From NCBI GenBank assembly GCA_030390025.1, contig CM059432.1, forward strand, positions 108,440,001 to 108,504,000: 64,000 nucleotides of DNA, read 5' to 3'. Source of the stretch: Squalus acanthias (lineage: Eukaryota). A program made the position numbers and the translations under genes. Below the pieces are notes generated by a model. The model was not told where the DNA came from, made no database searches, and saw nothing but the letters and a program-made list of their open reading frames with translations. This document shows, one piece after another, positions 1-11,919 of this stretch; positions within the stretch are counted from its first letter, which is position 1; each line of letters opens with the position of its first letter.

Positions 1-130
1 TTATTCACCATTAGCTTTTAACAGCTCTATAATTTGCATAGCATGCTTTGGTGTCCTTAAAAAGTGTATTAGGTAAATTAAATTTTTTGAAAATTAGACA
101 TTTTTGAAAATGTTGGAACAAAGAGGCTAC

Positions 131-238
131 CTTATCATGCACAGTCATACAACTTGCTGCATCTTTCTGCAGAATTTCTGTCACTCCATTAGCCAGTCTT
201 TCATATTTAAGCTTTGGCTCCTCTTCACTGTCTTCCTC
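131..238 (-). CDS. VPS41: VPS41 coding exon 3 (108 nt), EEDSEEEPKLKYERLANGVTEILQKDAASCMTVHDK; the gene continues beyond the left edge
   Basis: Minus strand ttctcttgaacacag|GAGGAAGAC...GATAAG|gtagcc. Near-identical to human VPS41 EEESEEEPKLKYERLSNGVTEILQKDAASCMTVHDK. Confidence 0.97.
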
Positions 239-899
239 CTGTGTTCAAGAGAATAAAAAAATCAACGGCTAAATAAACTGATAATTTCCAGGTTTTACTC
301 TATTAAAACCACGAAGACAATTACTTAGGAACTCCCACAATCCCAGGACAACCATGAATTATTGATTGTCTGCCAGGATTCCACCTAGGGGAAATTAAAG
401 TGGCAGGCCAACTACTTATAATTTCTTGAGTCCACCAAATAAGCTCATGTGACCTGTTCAGGCATGTGCAGTAATATTTTATTAACATATGGCTACTATA
501 GTGAGTAACACTTTCTGCATAGTTTTAACACGATTGACAAGATCTAAAAAAATTTCACTCACTGAAAACAACTAATCCATGTCACGGCATTGCTCCTTTG
601 TATAATGTTTTTTGTGGAACGGAGTGATGGATGACTGTGCTAGGGAAAGGAATATTCTTTTCTTCAAACAACTGACAATGCCAAGCTCTAAGATTAGAAA
701 TAAAGGCCAGGGAGCCATCTCTTTCCCCCCCCCACCCCTCCTTTCACAACTTAAACAATTCATCTCAACCCCAAGGATTGAGGACTGTTCCCCTACTGGG
801 ATATGTCATTATTCTAATGCTGTTCAATAGCCTATACAATGCCAATTGAAAAATCCAGGCTAGAATGTTAAATTAGCACCAAATGTGCAAAAGAGGATT

Positions 900-1299
900 T
901 TTGTCTCCTTAGAGTAGAGAAGATCAAGGGAAGATATAATAGAGGTGCTCAAAATTATGAAGGGTTTTTCTAGAGTAGATAGGGAAACTGTTTCCACTGG
1001 CAGGAGGGACGATAACCAGAGGAGACGGATTTAAGATAATTGGCAAAAGAACCAGAGGGTAGATGAGTAATTTTTTTTTTAATGCAGCAAGTTGCGATCT
1101 GGAATGCACTACCTGAAAGGGTGGTGAAAGCAGATTCAATAGTAATTTTCAAAAGGGAATTGGAGATATACTTTAAAAGGAAACATTTGCAGGGATATGG
1201 GGAAGGAGCGAGGAAGTGGGACTAATTGGATAGCTCTTTCAAAGACCTGGCACAGGTACGATGGGCCAAATAGAGCCCTTCTGTGCTGCTGGATTCTAT
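900..1299 (+). mobile_element. CR1 LINE 3' fragment
   Basis: Degenerate ORF2 C-terminus (SLE.RRSREDIIEVLKIMKG) and 3' UTR ending gatgggccaaatag...ctgtgctg...ttctatg. Confidence 0.85.
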
Positions 1300-1935
1300 G
1301 GGGACGATTTTGCCTGCCCTGGGGAGGCGGGACTGCCAGGAAAATGGCAGAATTTGGGGGCGGTTACCCAACCCGCCCCCAAGCCATCTTCCTAGGAGGC
1401 GGGTAGCCGTCCCGCGCCGGGTCCCGTCTCCTTGGAGGCGGGAAGGAATTAAAGCCTATTAACTGCCTGTTAACAGGCAGAAAATAGGATTATTCCCTTT
1501 TTGCCCTCACAAGTGCGGGCTTCCCGAAGGCTCCAAAGCACACCAGCTCATCGAGGCGAGTACTGGGTCTGCGGGGGGGGGGTGCAAAAGTGGTGTGAAG
1601 TAAGTGATGGGTGCAAGAGTGTAGAGGTGAGTATCTGAGGTAAGTGCAAAGTGTTAGTAAAAGTGTACTTACCTTTGTTTCTTCCTGCAGGCTTCAGTCG
1701 CTTTGTATGCGGAGAGTCTTGGACCTCCGTGTTGCAGATGAGAGATGGCCGTTGCATTCTCAGATGCAACAACCATCTCATTTCTGTAAAAGAAAGGTGG
1801 TTGATGAGGTCTTGAATGCAAGACCTCATCAAACTGCAGAGAATGTCACTGACAGCTTCATAGAGCTGTCAAACGATGACAATTTGTCAAAAAAAAATTT
1901 ATTAAGTTGTTTTTTGGAAAATCTTATCAACTGAT
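1300..1935. mobile_element. GC-rich PIF/Harbinger-like DNA transposon remnant with an internal hairpin cluster
   Basis: Begins GGGGACGATTTT, like the GGGG..AAATT ends of the TIR elements at 48009, 59399 and 63647. The other end is not identified. Confidence 0.4.
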
Positions 1936-2009
1936 CCTTTAATTTTAGAAGGTTGTTAAACATTGATGGTTAATATATTACTGTAAATGGCAAAAAGAAA
2001 TACATGATG

Positions 2010-2564
2010 CAGAGGTGTCCAAACTGTTCGATTTGACCTGAAAAACCCAGACGATTCAGAATTATTTGTGGCAGGAGAGAAAGAAAGATAGAAAGAAAGG
2101 AAAGAGGGAAAGAAAGAGACTTGCATTTATATAACGCTTTTCACAATCTCAGGATGTCCCAAAGCTAGGGAACGGAGTTTACAGCCAATGAAGTACTTTT
2201 GAAGTGTAGTCACTGTTTTAATGTAGGAATCAGAGAATCATACATCACAGAAGGAGTTCTTTGAGATAGCTATCCAAATAGTCTCACTTCCCTGCTCTTT
2301 CCCCATAGCCCTGCAATCTTTCTCCTTTTCAAGTATATATCCAATTGCCTTATATTTATTACTTGTAGGCCTAGGGTTTTGGAAAGAGTGTTTTTAGCAC
2401 TGTTATCTCATTTGGTGGATGAATTGTAAATCAAAACGCCATTATCAGTAACTAGAGGTATTTGCAAATTAATGGGCGCATGGTTTCAACTTTTAATATG
2501 TGGCCCGCGGCTCCATGGTATGCACCTATGCAGCCCGTGAAGACAAAACACTTGAGCACCCTTG
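2010..2564. mobile_element. Possible hAT-like non-autonomous element carrying SINE-tail (about 2075-2230, minus) and CR1-tail (about 2230-2350, minus) insertions
   Basis: Ends CAGAGGTGTCCAAACT and ACTTGAGCACCCTTG are imperfect inverted repeats, with subterminal GTGGCCCG/GCAGCCCG motifs. No clean 8-bp TSD. Confidence 0.4.
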
Positions 2565-2656
2565 TGATACAACCACAACATGTAGGAGACAGACTAAGCA
2601 GTAGAGAATTCAGGAGCTAGGTGGATCGAACAACAGAGGATTTATGTCTGAAATGG

Positions 2657-3453
2657 ACCACCACAAACTCCATTCCCTAGCCGACTCCATCCCTCTCCCT
2701 GGCAAATGTCTGAGGCTGAACCAGACTGTTCACAACCTTGGTGTCGTATTTGACCTCGCGATGAGCTTCCGACCACATATCTGTGCCATCACTAAGGCCA
2801 CCTATTTCCACCTCCATATCACCCGTCTCCGCCCCGCCTCAGCTCATCTGCTGCTGAAAGCCTCTTCCATGCCAAGCCTCTTCCATGCCTTTGTTACCTC
2901 CAGACTTGACTATTCCAATGCACTCCTGGCCGGCTCCCACGTTCTACCCTCCGTAAACTTAAGCTCATCCAAAACTCTGCTGCCCGTGTCCTAACTCGCA
3001 CCAAGTCCCGTTCACCCATCACCCCTGTGCTCACTGACCTACATTGGCTCCCGGTTGAGCAATGTCTCAATTTTAAAATTCTCATCCTTGTTTTCAAATC
3101 CCTCCAAGGCCTCGCCACTGCCTATCTCGTCCTCCAGCCCAACAACCCTCCGAGATATCTGCGCTCCTCCAATTCTGGCCTCTTGCGCATCACCGATTTT
3201 AATCGCTCCACCATTGGCAGCCTCGCCTTAAGCTGCCGAGGCCCTAAGCTCTGGAATTCACTCCCTAAACCTCGCTACCTCTTTCCTCCTTTAGGACGCT
3301 CCTTAAAATCTACCTCTTTGACCAAGCTTTTGGTTAGCTGCCCTAATATCTCCATATGTGGCTCGGTTTCAAATTTTGTTTAATAATGCCTGTGACGCGC
3401 CTTGGGACGTTTTACTACATTAAAGGCGCTGTATAAATGCAATTTGTTGTTGT
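2657..3453 (+). mobile_element. L2 LINE 3' fragment
   Basis: ORF2 remnants NLGVVFD..., HAFVTSRLDYSNALLAG and LTDLHWLPV..FKIL; tail aaaggcgctgtataaatgcaa(ttg)n. Confidence 0.9.
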
Positions 3454-3711
3454 AGTTAAGTGGCAGAGGATTCAGGAGAGAAATAGAATAGAGTGGTAAA
3501 GGATTTAGCAGAGGAGGGCGGCGATAGAGGGGATTTAGGAGAGTTGGCTGAAGGCACGATCACAAAAGGTGCTTTTTGATGGGGTTTTAAAGGCTGTAAA
3601 AGTAGTTCCAGAGGGTGGGGCTGAGACAGCAGAAAGCCCTTCCACAACTGAGGAATGCTGGAAGAGATTATGGGAAGTCGCACAGTTGTAATGCATACAA
3701 TAAGTAATGTA

Positions 3712-4105
3712 CAGGAAACTCTTTATTAACCAGCACCGACGGGACCGGCGTGGTGCCGGTTTATCGAAAGTACCGGATAACGGAGAGTTATATCTACCGA
3801 GGCTATTTTTAACAAAGAAAAATAAATAAATCAAGAAATGTGCAGTATACTTCCGACAGTGCCAGGAGGCCGAGTAGTGGCACTTTTGAAAACTACCCCA
3901 TCTGACTAAATCGGCGTACTCGGACTCGGGATCGGCAACATTGCCGGTTATTTGAGAGGAGTTTTCGGAGTACTCTGCGTTCGTGGAGACTTGACTGCGA
4001 CTCGGCAACATTGCCGGTTATTTGAGAGGAGTTTTCGGAGGATGATTTTTGCCAGTTAAGCGAGAATTCCGGATATTTGGGTGCCGGATAAACAAAAGTT
4101 TCCTG
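3712..4105. mobile_element. Tc1/mariner (pogo/Tigger-like) MITE
   Basis: 26-bp imperfect TIRs CAGGAAACTCTTTATTAACCAGCACC and GGTGCCGGATAAACAAAAGTTTCCTG, flanked on both sides by TA. Confidence 0.85.
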
Positions 4106-5512
4106 TACTTGTTTATGTCATGATGGACTTCTGTCAAAGGTTACTAGAGGAAAACAACTGCAAAAATTACACACCAAAATGCCCAGGTTGAATGTATATT
4201 TCAACACAATTTTCTGCGGAAGTAACAAACAAATTTGCAGCAGTGCAAGAAATGCTGCGATCACAGCTGATGCAGCAGCTCGGCTATAAGAGCCAGCAAT
4301 AGAGTCCAATCAATGCCGGGGTTCAGTGGAAGTTTCGAGATTGTCAGTACAACTCGAAGTAGATTGGTGCTTTCGAACTGCTCTCTGTATCTATACACAC
4401 CATTTCCTATGGAGGAAAAATTCACATGTTATATTTCTATGCAAAGGAAATTACAATGTGCATCCCTTTTGGAGCCAGCAGTTAAATTTTTAAGACCATT
4501 AACTGGGACCTGGTTTAAGACTGGATATCAGACAGCGGGTACTCTCTATCCATCTATTAGGTGTTGATTTAGACCCTGGTCTCTGAGGTAAATTGTATTA
4601 AGGCACTACACTATACAATTCCCTCGATAAGGAACATGTCAACTTTACCCATTTGCAGTCTTAAAGTTTCAACAATGTACACATGGAACTATTTACATTA
4701 CCTGCCAGTTTACTGTACTAGACTATTTAATCTATTGATTATAGCATTTGTATTACGTTTGGTCAATAACTACAGCACTGCTCTTGGGATACCAGCAACT
4801 GAACCATATTAATATTATTTCTTTTGCTGTACAGAAAAAAATGCATTTCTATAACTGCCTTTTTTAACACTGCAATTTATTCATAGGTTATCTGTGTGTG
4901 TTCCACCTTCCAGGTCAAATGAGGTTGCAATGAATTCATCCAAGAGACCATCAAAACCAACCAATGTATGAAGCGTGGTCTCATTTCATTGAAAGCAATG
5001 GTCTCTAAGGTATTAAATTATTGGTCCATAGCAATGATGATGGATGCACCATCATACCATAGACTTATCCATTTCACAGGTGAGTCAAAAACCATTGGTG
5101 CACAATGACAATAAATGCAACATCACACCAGTTACCCTGTCCCACACAAGCCCAAAACTGTACAACTCAAAATGAGGAAAGAGAATTAGCCTAGTCCAGA
5201 ACTGAGCTAGCAGGTTACCAGTTAGCGAACATCACTTGGTGAAAGGCAAAAGAAAGGACAAACAGAACTTGCATCCATATAGCACCTTCTCAGGATGTCC
5301 CAAAGTGGTTTGCATCCAACAAGTCACTGTTGAAGTGTCAGCCTATATTATGTGCTCAAGTCCTGTTTCAGTACAACCTTCGGTCTTGGAGGTGAGAATG
5401 CTATCAAGTGAGCCAAGCTGACAAGACAGGACGTGAATATTCCCTGCTCAGGTGCCTTTGGGTAGTAGGTTTAAAAATTTACTTTATTAACCTTGGTCAC
5501 CACCAAAAGGTG

Positions 5513-5885
5513 TCAGCCCTCTCAGTGGGCAGCAGTCTCGCCCATGAGTCAGAAGGTTGTGGGTTCAAGTCCTACTCCAGAGACTTGAGCACATAATCTA
5601 GGCTGACAGCCCAGTGCAGTACTGAGGGAATGCTGCATCTTTTGGATGAGATGTTAAATCGAGGCCCCGTCTGCCCTCTCAGGTGGACGTAAAAGATCCC
5701 ATGGCACAATTCAAATAAGAGCAGGGGAGTTCTCCCTGGTGTCTCGGTTAATATTTATCCCTCAACCAACATTACTAAAACAGATTATTTGGTCATTATC
5801 TCATTTCTACATTACAACAGTGACTACACTTCAGAAGCACTGAGGTTGTAAAAGGTGCTATATAAATGCAAGTCTGTCTTCTTTC
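5513..5885 (+). mobile_element. tRNA-derived Deu-domain SINE (SacSINE1-like)
   Basis: A/B boxes (ctcagtgg; GGTTCAAGTCC), Deu core GAGATGTTAAA.CGAGGCCCCGTCTGCCCTCTCAGGTGGACGTAAAAGATCCCATGGCAC, and L2-like tail tatataaatgcaagt(ctt)n. Confidence 0.88.
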
Positions 5886-6464
5886 AAAAGCATTATCGTC
5901 CCAATGTGGCCAGTAACTTACCAGACAGAAGAAGAAAGTAACTTTTAAGTGGAAAGGTAGTTTGATCATGATCACCAGAACATGGGAAAGGTCTCTCATA
6001 TTCTGGTCTCATGGGGGACCAGAAATAGATCAATGCTTATACGGAAAATACTGAACTTAGCCTATTGGTCAAAAACAACACAAAAGTGATGAAAGGTAAA
6101 GGAGACCCATATAATCAGGGCCCTCCCGTCTACTGATGGGAAGAAAGACTACTGGAAATAAGGAAACAATTGTAAAGGCCTGAAAAACTGCAGAAATGTT
6201 CCTGATTTCAAACAATGCTTTTGGAAGGAAGAGGCTAACACAGCCTGTGGTGCAGTTTGACACACACTTTTGAAATAAGGTGCTGCTCTGTGACAAGTAC
6301 TGGATCAATTGTGTTGCACAAGCACTAGTGATAAAGCAAGCTAAAGACATGCAGAAGCAGTTTGTTCCTTTTGATACTATTGCAATATTGGAAGAGGAGC
6401 TGGGAGTTGTCCTGGCCAACATTCCGTCCTCAACCACTCCAGGACTTAAGCATATCATGTAGAA

Positions 6465-6790
6465 TGGCACTTCAGTGCAGTATGGAGGGCCTTCTGCATT
6501 GTCAGAGGTTCAGCTTTTCAAATGAGATGTTAAACCAGTGGCCCTGCAGGGGATTTAAAAAATCCTTTCACACTATTCGAAGAGAAGGGAATTCTGCCCA
6601 GTGTCCTGGCCAATATTCATCCCTTAATCAACATGACTAAAACATTCACTAGTCATTTATCTCATTTGTTTTTTGTGGGTCTTTGCTGTTATACAGGCAA
6701 AGGTGGCAGACAATTTGCAAACAACAATGGCTTTGAAAAATCAATTAATGAACTGACACGCTATATAAAACCAAGTTTATTTGCTCTTTC
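6465..6790 (+). mobile_element. Degraded Deu-domain SINE
   Basis: cacttcagtgcagta...gagatgttaaacc...gtgtcctggccaatattcatccctt, similar to the copy at 5513. Confidence 0.7.
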
Positions 6791-7381
6791 TCTTCTTAAG
6801 CTCCATGATCCATTACTGGACTCCAGAAATTCACCATGCAATCGATATACTCTCCCATGTTCAGAAACTTAGATCTAACTGTAATGGAATCTGGATCCCT
6901 TAGAACAGGGAGCCATACTGAAGTTGGTGACCCATAATGGTTACAAGCCAAATAGGGTCCAATGACCTCCACAGATTTGTGCATAGGCTTTTCAGGCTCA
7001 ACCACAGATAGGATGTCAACCTTGAAGAACAAAAAAAAATCCCTCAGGTACACAGTCTATGAACGTGGAGGGTTTAGCAAATCCAAAGTTGCATACATGC
7101 CATGGGAAACTAGTAGCAGGAAACCAACAACATACGTGCATGTCGGGGCAAGATTGTAAAAGGCACACAGATTAACTCCTGGCTGTGAACTGAAGAATCA
7201 TGTGACTCAATGCATGTTTGGTGCACACAAAATAATACCCAAATTTAGAAATATTTACCCAGAGAACGGTGATTATATATTCCAGAAACATAATTAATTA
7301 ATTCATCCACCATTTTTACAGAGGAGTCTTAAAAAATGTGACTATTGAATCAAACTTGGGAAACAGAAAAATAGACGCAAC

Positions 7382-9590
7382 ACATAGAATCATAGAAAGT
7401 TACAGCATGGAAAGAGGCCATTTCGGCCCATTGTGTCTGCGCCGGCCAACAAAGAGCTATCCAGCCTAATCCCACTTCCCAGCTCTTGGTCCGTAGCCCT
7501 GCAGGTTAGAGCATCCCAAGTGCACATCCAAGTACTTTTTAAATGTGGTTAGGGTTCCTGCCTCTACCACCCTTTCAGGCAGTGAGTTCCAGACCCCCAC
7601 AACCCTCTGGGTGAAGTGAAGAAATTTCCCCTCAAATCCCCTCTAAACCTTCCACCAATTACTTTAAATCTGTGCCCCCTGGTTTTTGACCCCTCTGCTA
7701 AGGGAAATAGGTCCTCTGTATCCACTTTATTTATGCCCCTCATAATTTTATACACCTCAATAAGGTCTCTCCTCAGCCTCCTCTGTTCCAAGGAAAACAG
7801 ACCCAGCCTATCCAGTCTTTCCTCATAGCTAAGATTCTCTACTCCCAGCAACATCCTTATAAATCTCCTCTGTACCCTCTCTAGTGCAATCACATCTTTC
7901 CTGTAATGTGGTGACCAGAACTGCATGCAGTACTCTAGCTGAGGCCTAACTAGTGTTTTATACAGTTGAAGCATAAGCCCCCTGCTCTTGTATTCTATGC
8001 CACGGCTAATAAAGGCAAGCATTCCGTATGCCTTCTTAACCACCTTATCTACTTGGCCTGCTACCTTCAGGGATCTGTGGACATGCACTCCAAGGTCCCT
8101 TTGTTCCTCTACACTACTCCGTGTCCTGCCATTTAATGTGTATTCCCTTTCCTTGTTAGCCCTCCCCAAATGCATTACCTCACACTTCTCCGGATTGAAT
8201 TCCATTTGCCACTGTTCTGTCCACCTGACCAATTTATTGATATCTTCCTGCAGTCTACAGCTTCCTTCAGTATCAACCACACAGCCAATTTTAGTATCAT
8301 CTGCAAACTTCTTAATCATACCCCCTATATTCAAATCAAGATCATTGATATATACCACAAAAAGCAAGGGACCTAGTACTGAGCCCTGCGGAACCCCACT
8401 GGAAACAGCCTTCCAGTCACAAAAACACCCATCAACCATTACCCTCTGCTTCCTGTCTCCGAGCCAGCTTTGAATCCAACTTGACACTTTGCCTTGGATC
8501 CCATGGGCTTTTAACTTTGTGACCAGTCTGCCATGTGGAACCTTATCAAAAGCCTTGCTAAAGTCCATATACACTACATCAAATACACTACCCTCATTAC
8601 CTCCTCAAAAAATTCAATCAAGTTTTTCAGACAAGACCTTCCCTTAACAAATCCATGCTGACTATCCTTGATTAATCCGTGTCTTTCTAAATGAAGATTT
8701 ATCCTGTCCTTCAGAATTCTTTCCAATAATTTTCCCACCACCGAGGTTAGGCTGACTGGCCTGTAATTATTCGGTCTATCCTTTTCGCCCTTTTTAAACA
8801 AGGGTACCACATTAGCAGTCCTCTGGCACCACACCTGAAGCCAGAGAGGATTGAAAAATGATGGTCAGGGCCTCTGCTATTTCCTCTTTTGCTTCGCTTA
8901 ACAGCCTGGGATACATTTCATCCGGGCCTGGGGATTTATCCACTTTTAAAGCTGCTAAACCCCTTAATACTTCCTCTCTCACTATGTTTATTTCATCTAA
9001 TATTTCACACTCCTCCCCCCCGATAGCAATGTCTGCTTCGCCCCTCTCCTTTGTGAAAACAGACGCAAAGTATTCATTAAGAACCCTACCGACGTCTCCC
9101 GCCTCCACACACAGATTACCCTCATGATCTCTAATAGGCCCTACCCGTTCTTTAGTTATCCTCTTACTCTTAATATATTTATAAAACATATTTGGGTTTT
9201 CCTTGATTTTACTTGCCAAGAATTTTTCATGCTCTCTCTTTGCTTTCCTAATATCCTTTTTAATTGCACCCCTGCACTTTCTGTACTCCTCTAAATATTC
9301 TGGAGTATTTAGCCCTCGGTATCTGTCATACACCTCCCTTTTGTTCCCCATTATCCTACCCTGTATGTCTCTAGAAATCCAGGGGGCTCTAGATTTGTTA
9401 GTCCCACCTTTTTTCTTTAAGGGCACATATTTGGTCTGAACCCTCCGGATCGCCTCCTTGAATGCCTCCTACTGCTCTGACACTGATTTACCTTCAAGTA
9501 GCTGTTTCCAGTCCACTATGGCTAAATCCCCTCTGAGCTTAGCAAAATTTGCTTTTCCCCAATTTAGAATTTTTATTCCTGGTCTATCCT
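7382..9590 (-). mobile_element. CR1 LINE, 5'-truncated, frameshifted ORF2 (RT)
   Basis: Minus ORFs with [32 protein letters not shown] and KFADDTK; (ttctatga)n tail at about 7382. Confidence 0.95.
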
Positions 9591-10904
9591 TGCGGTAAAT
9601 ATTTCTACAGTCACAATGCTTACTTCTAGAAAACCCTACTCATTTGTAGAAGTGGGGGCACACGAGTTTTAAAAATCTAACATTGTCAGACAGCAAATAC
9701 GCTAGAGGAAGTGGGTGAGACTGTCAACCGCTTGCATTTGTACAGTGCCCGTTTTTCTTAGCAAAAGGAGGAACAGAGATAGAGTAGGAGTTAAACGATT
9801 CTGGGGTGGTGATGGGTGGCAGGGTCAAAAAGATATGCATGGGGAGGTCAGTTTGAAGGTGGGGAGAGGGGTGTAAGGAAGGAGCTCTAAAGAACAGGGA
9901 CTTGATGAATTAGCAGATAGGTAAATCTCACGCCATACCTTCCTGTCCTGTATAAACCTCAGCCACTCATTGCCTAATTGCACTCGGCCACTGGAGAGCT
10001 AACACTTTCAGTATAAAAATCAAGCTTTACCATAGCTTATTCTGAACTCCAGCAAGAGCAAAAAGCACTGTAATCTTTGTTCTAACTCCCCAGAACCCTT
10101 TTGATGAGCATCGCAGGATTGAGGAGGTAGAACTAACTGTGCCAATTTCCTGCATTTAACGTGCGCCCGCATGGTAAGTCTTCCTGCGAAACGGCTGCAC
10201 TGTGTGGTCCTGCCATTCTACATGTGCGCAAACCAGCTGTACATTTGGACCAGCACACACGTGTGGAGTAGTGGCATCACACCACAATGCCACTGCAGAG
10301 AGAGAGAGATGACATAACGTTACGTCACATCACCACTGCCGCATGCTGCCACCGCAGCATGTTTACTGATCCCAGGAAGATCTGTGTCAGTCAGGAAGAC
10401 TGAGTTATATTAAAAAAAGTGTCTTGATGGCCCTCCAGTCTAAAAAAAGACAATTCCGGCAGATTTATTTGAATGGGGCAGCTGGCAAAATTAGACCCTG
10501 GCAGCTGAAAAACCGACATGAAAACAGCGTTTGTCTGCTATTCAGCATGAGCATGTGCACTGCCATTTCAAAGAACCTCGTCATTCTATCATGCGGCTAC
10601 CAGGATCGTAAAAGGTGAACTAGATGAAACTAACAATTCCTATATTCCTAACAATCTCAGTTTCAGATTCTTCTCAAACTGCCAATTGTAGAATGCATAC
10701 TTATACTGCCAAAGAGTCACACAGTTAGTACATTTGTACTTTTGGAGCATGAACACAAGCAACCGAGACATGGAGTGGAGAAGAAATTAGCCCTCGTCCC
10801 CAAACCTGAATAAAATTATGCAAACAAGGCCGTTGAACAATTTCTTATGCAACTTAAGCTGGTTTAATTGTAAGTATTTCTATAAATGTTATATTGTAAA
10901 AGCA

Positions 10905-11500
10905 CGGGCTCCCACTGGTGACTCAATGAACTCATCCAGTATACGGCGGAGCCACACAAAGCAGGAAGGTCCTGGGTTTAATCCGGGGCTTGGGCTGAGT
11001 TAGTCCATTCCAGTAGGGCAGCAACAGGAATGCCATATTTGCATCAGTGCCACACGACCCCTGGGTTAGGGAGGAGGGAGGGAGAGGGGAAAACCGCCAG
11101 GATTCCCACTTCTGATTATGATCCAGCAACCCCTAGTGGAAGTGCTCCTGTACAGACTTTGGGTGTGGATGAGATGAGGCTCAGCTAGCACTTGAGGCCG
11201 ATTCCCTGATCACGTGCTCTCAGCAAGGAGCAGCACTCGTTGGGATCACTAGTGCGGAAATTGCGGGCCGGCGGCCCCGATTTTTACATCTGTTCATCTA
11301 AGTGGGCAGAAGTTCAGATGCTACAGGCCTACCTCCCCAGCCCCTTCCCCACCATCCTGCCAAAAGCCCCCAATCAGGGCATCAGTGCTGAATCGATAAG
11401 GCCAACATATGAATAGTGGCCATTTGGGCAAGGAGTCAGAAGATGATAGGCCACTGCAGAACCATATTGCAGACAGGTGTTAGCATCTTCAAGACAGTAG
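10905..11500 (+). mobile_element. Old tRNA-head SINE-like repeat (family X), with an internal insertion
   Basis: caggaaggtcctgggtttaatcc...gctgagttag...gccagg...atccag...cccc; similar to 50770-51060 and to 23810-24114 (minus). Confidence 0.6.
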
Positions 11501-11919
11501 GGAAGGATGGACAAGAGGAAAAATACAAGTGTTAAAGCAATAAGGATTCTGTGACAAATGTCAACAATGTAATATACTTCTTTTTTTTTTTAAGTCCCCT
11601 ACAGTCCAAGTCATTCCTAATGAACACAGCAGGTAACCTGTTCCTGGGCCTTCCAATGTTACTGTTGAGTCAGACCCTACATATGAAGATGTTATCTGTC
11701 TGTTGTGCTTAATAGTTACAAAGCTTTTGATTAAGAAAGGCGGCTGTTAAGTAACCCAGTCACCTCCAGAAAGTGGCAATAGCTTCGGGCGGATATGCAC
11801 CTGGAAGAGGGTTGTGGGATGTTGGAAATACCAACAAAAGGCGGATGAGCTAATCCTTGAATTAGCCAACAGCATCCACAGCCTGCAAGTTGTGATGCAG
11901 CTACAACATATCAGTTCTT

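Noticed and set aside
6069..6470. 133-aa minus ORF and overlapping 60-aa plus ORF
   Set aside because: No recognisable homology or convincing splice context; the VPS41 exon 2-3 junction needs no extra exon.
10130..10500. Possible DNA-transposon remnant ending AAAATTAGACCC (similar weak signals at about 4170-4380 and 14697-14735)
   Set aside because: No matching second terminus or TSD found; too degraded to call.
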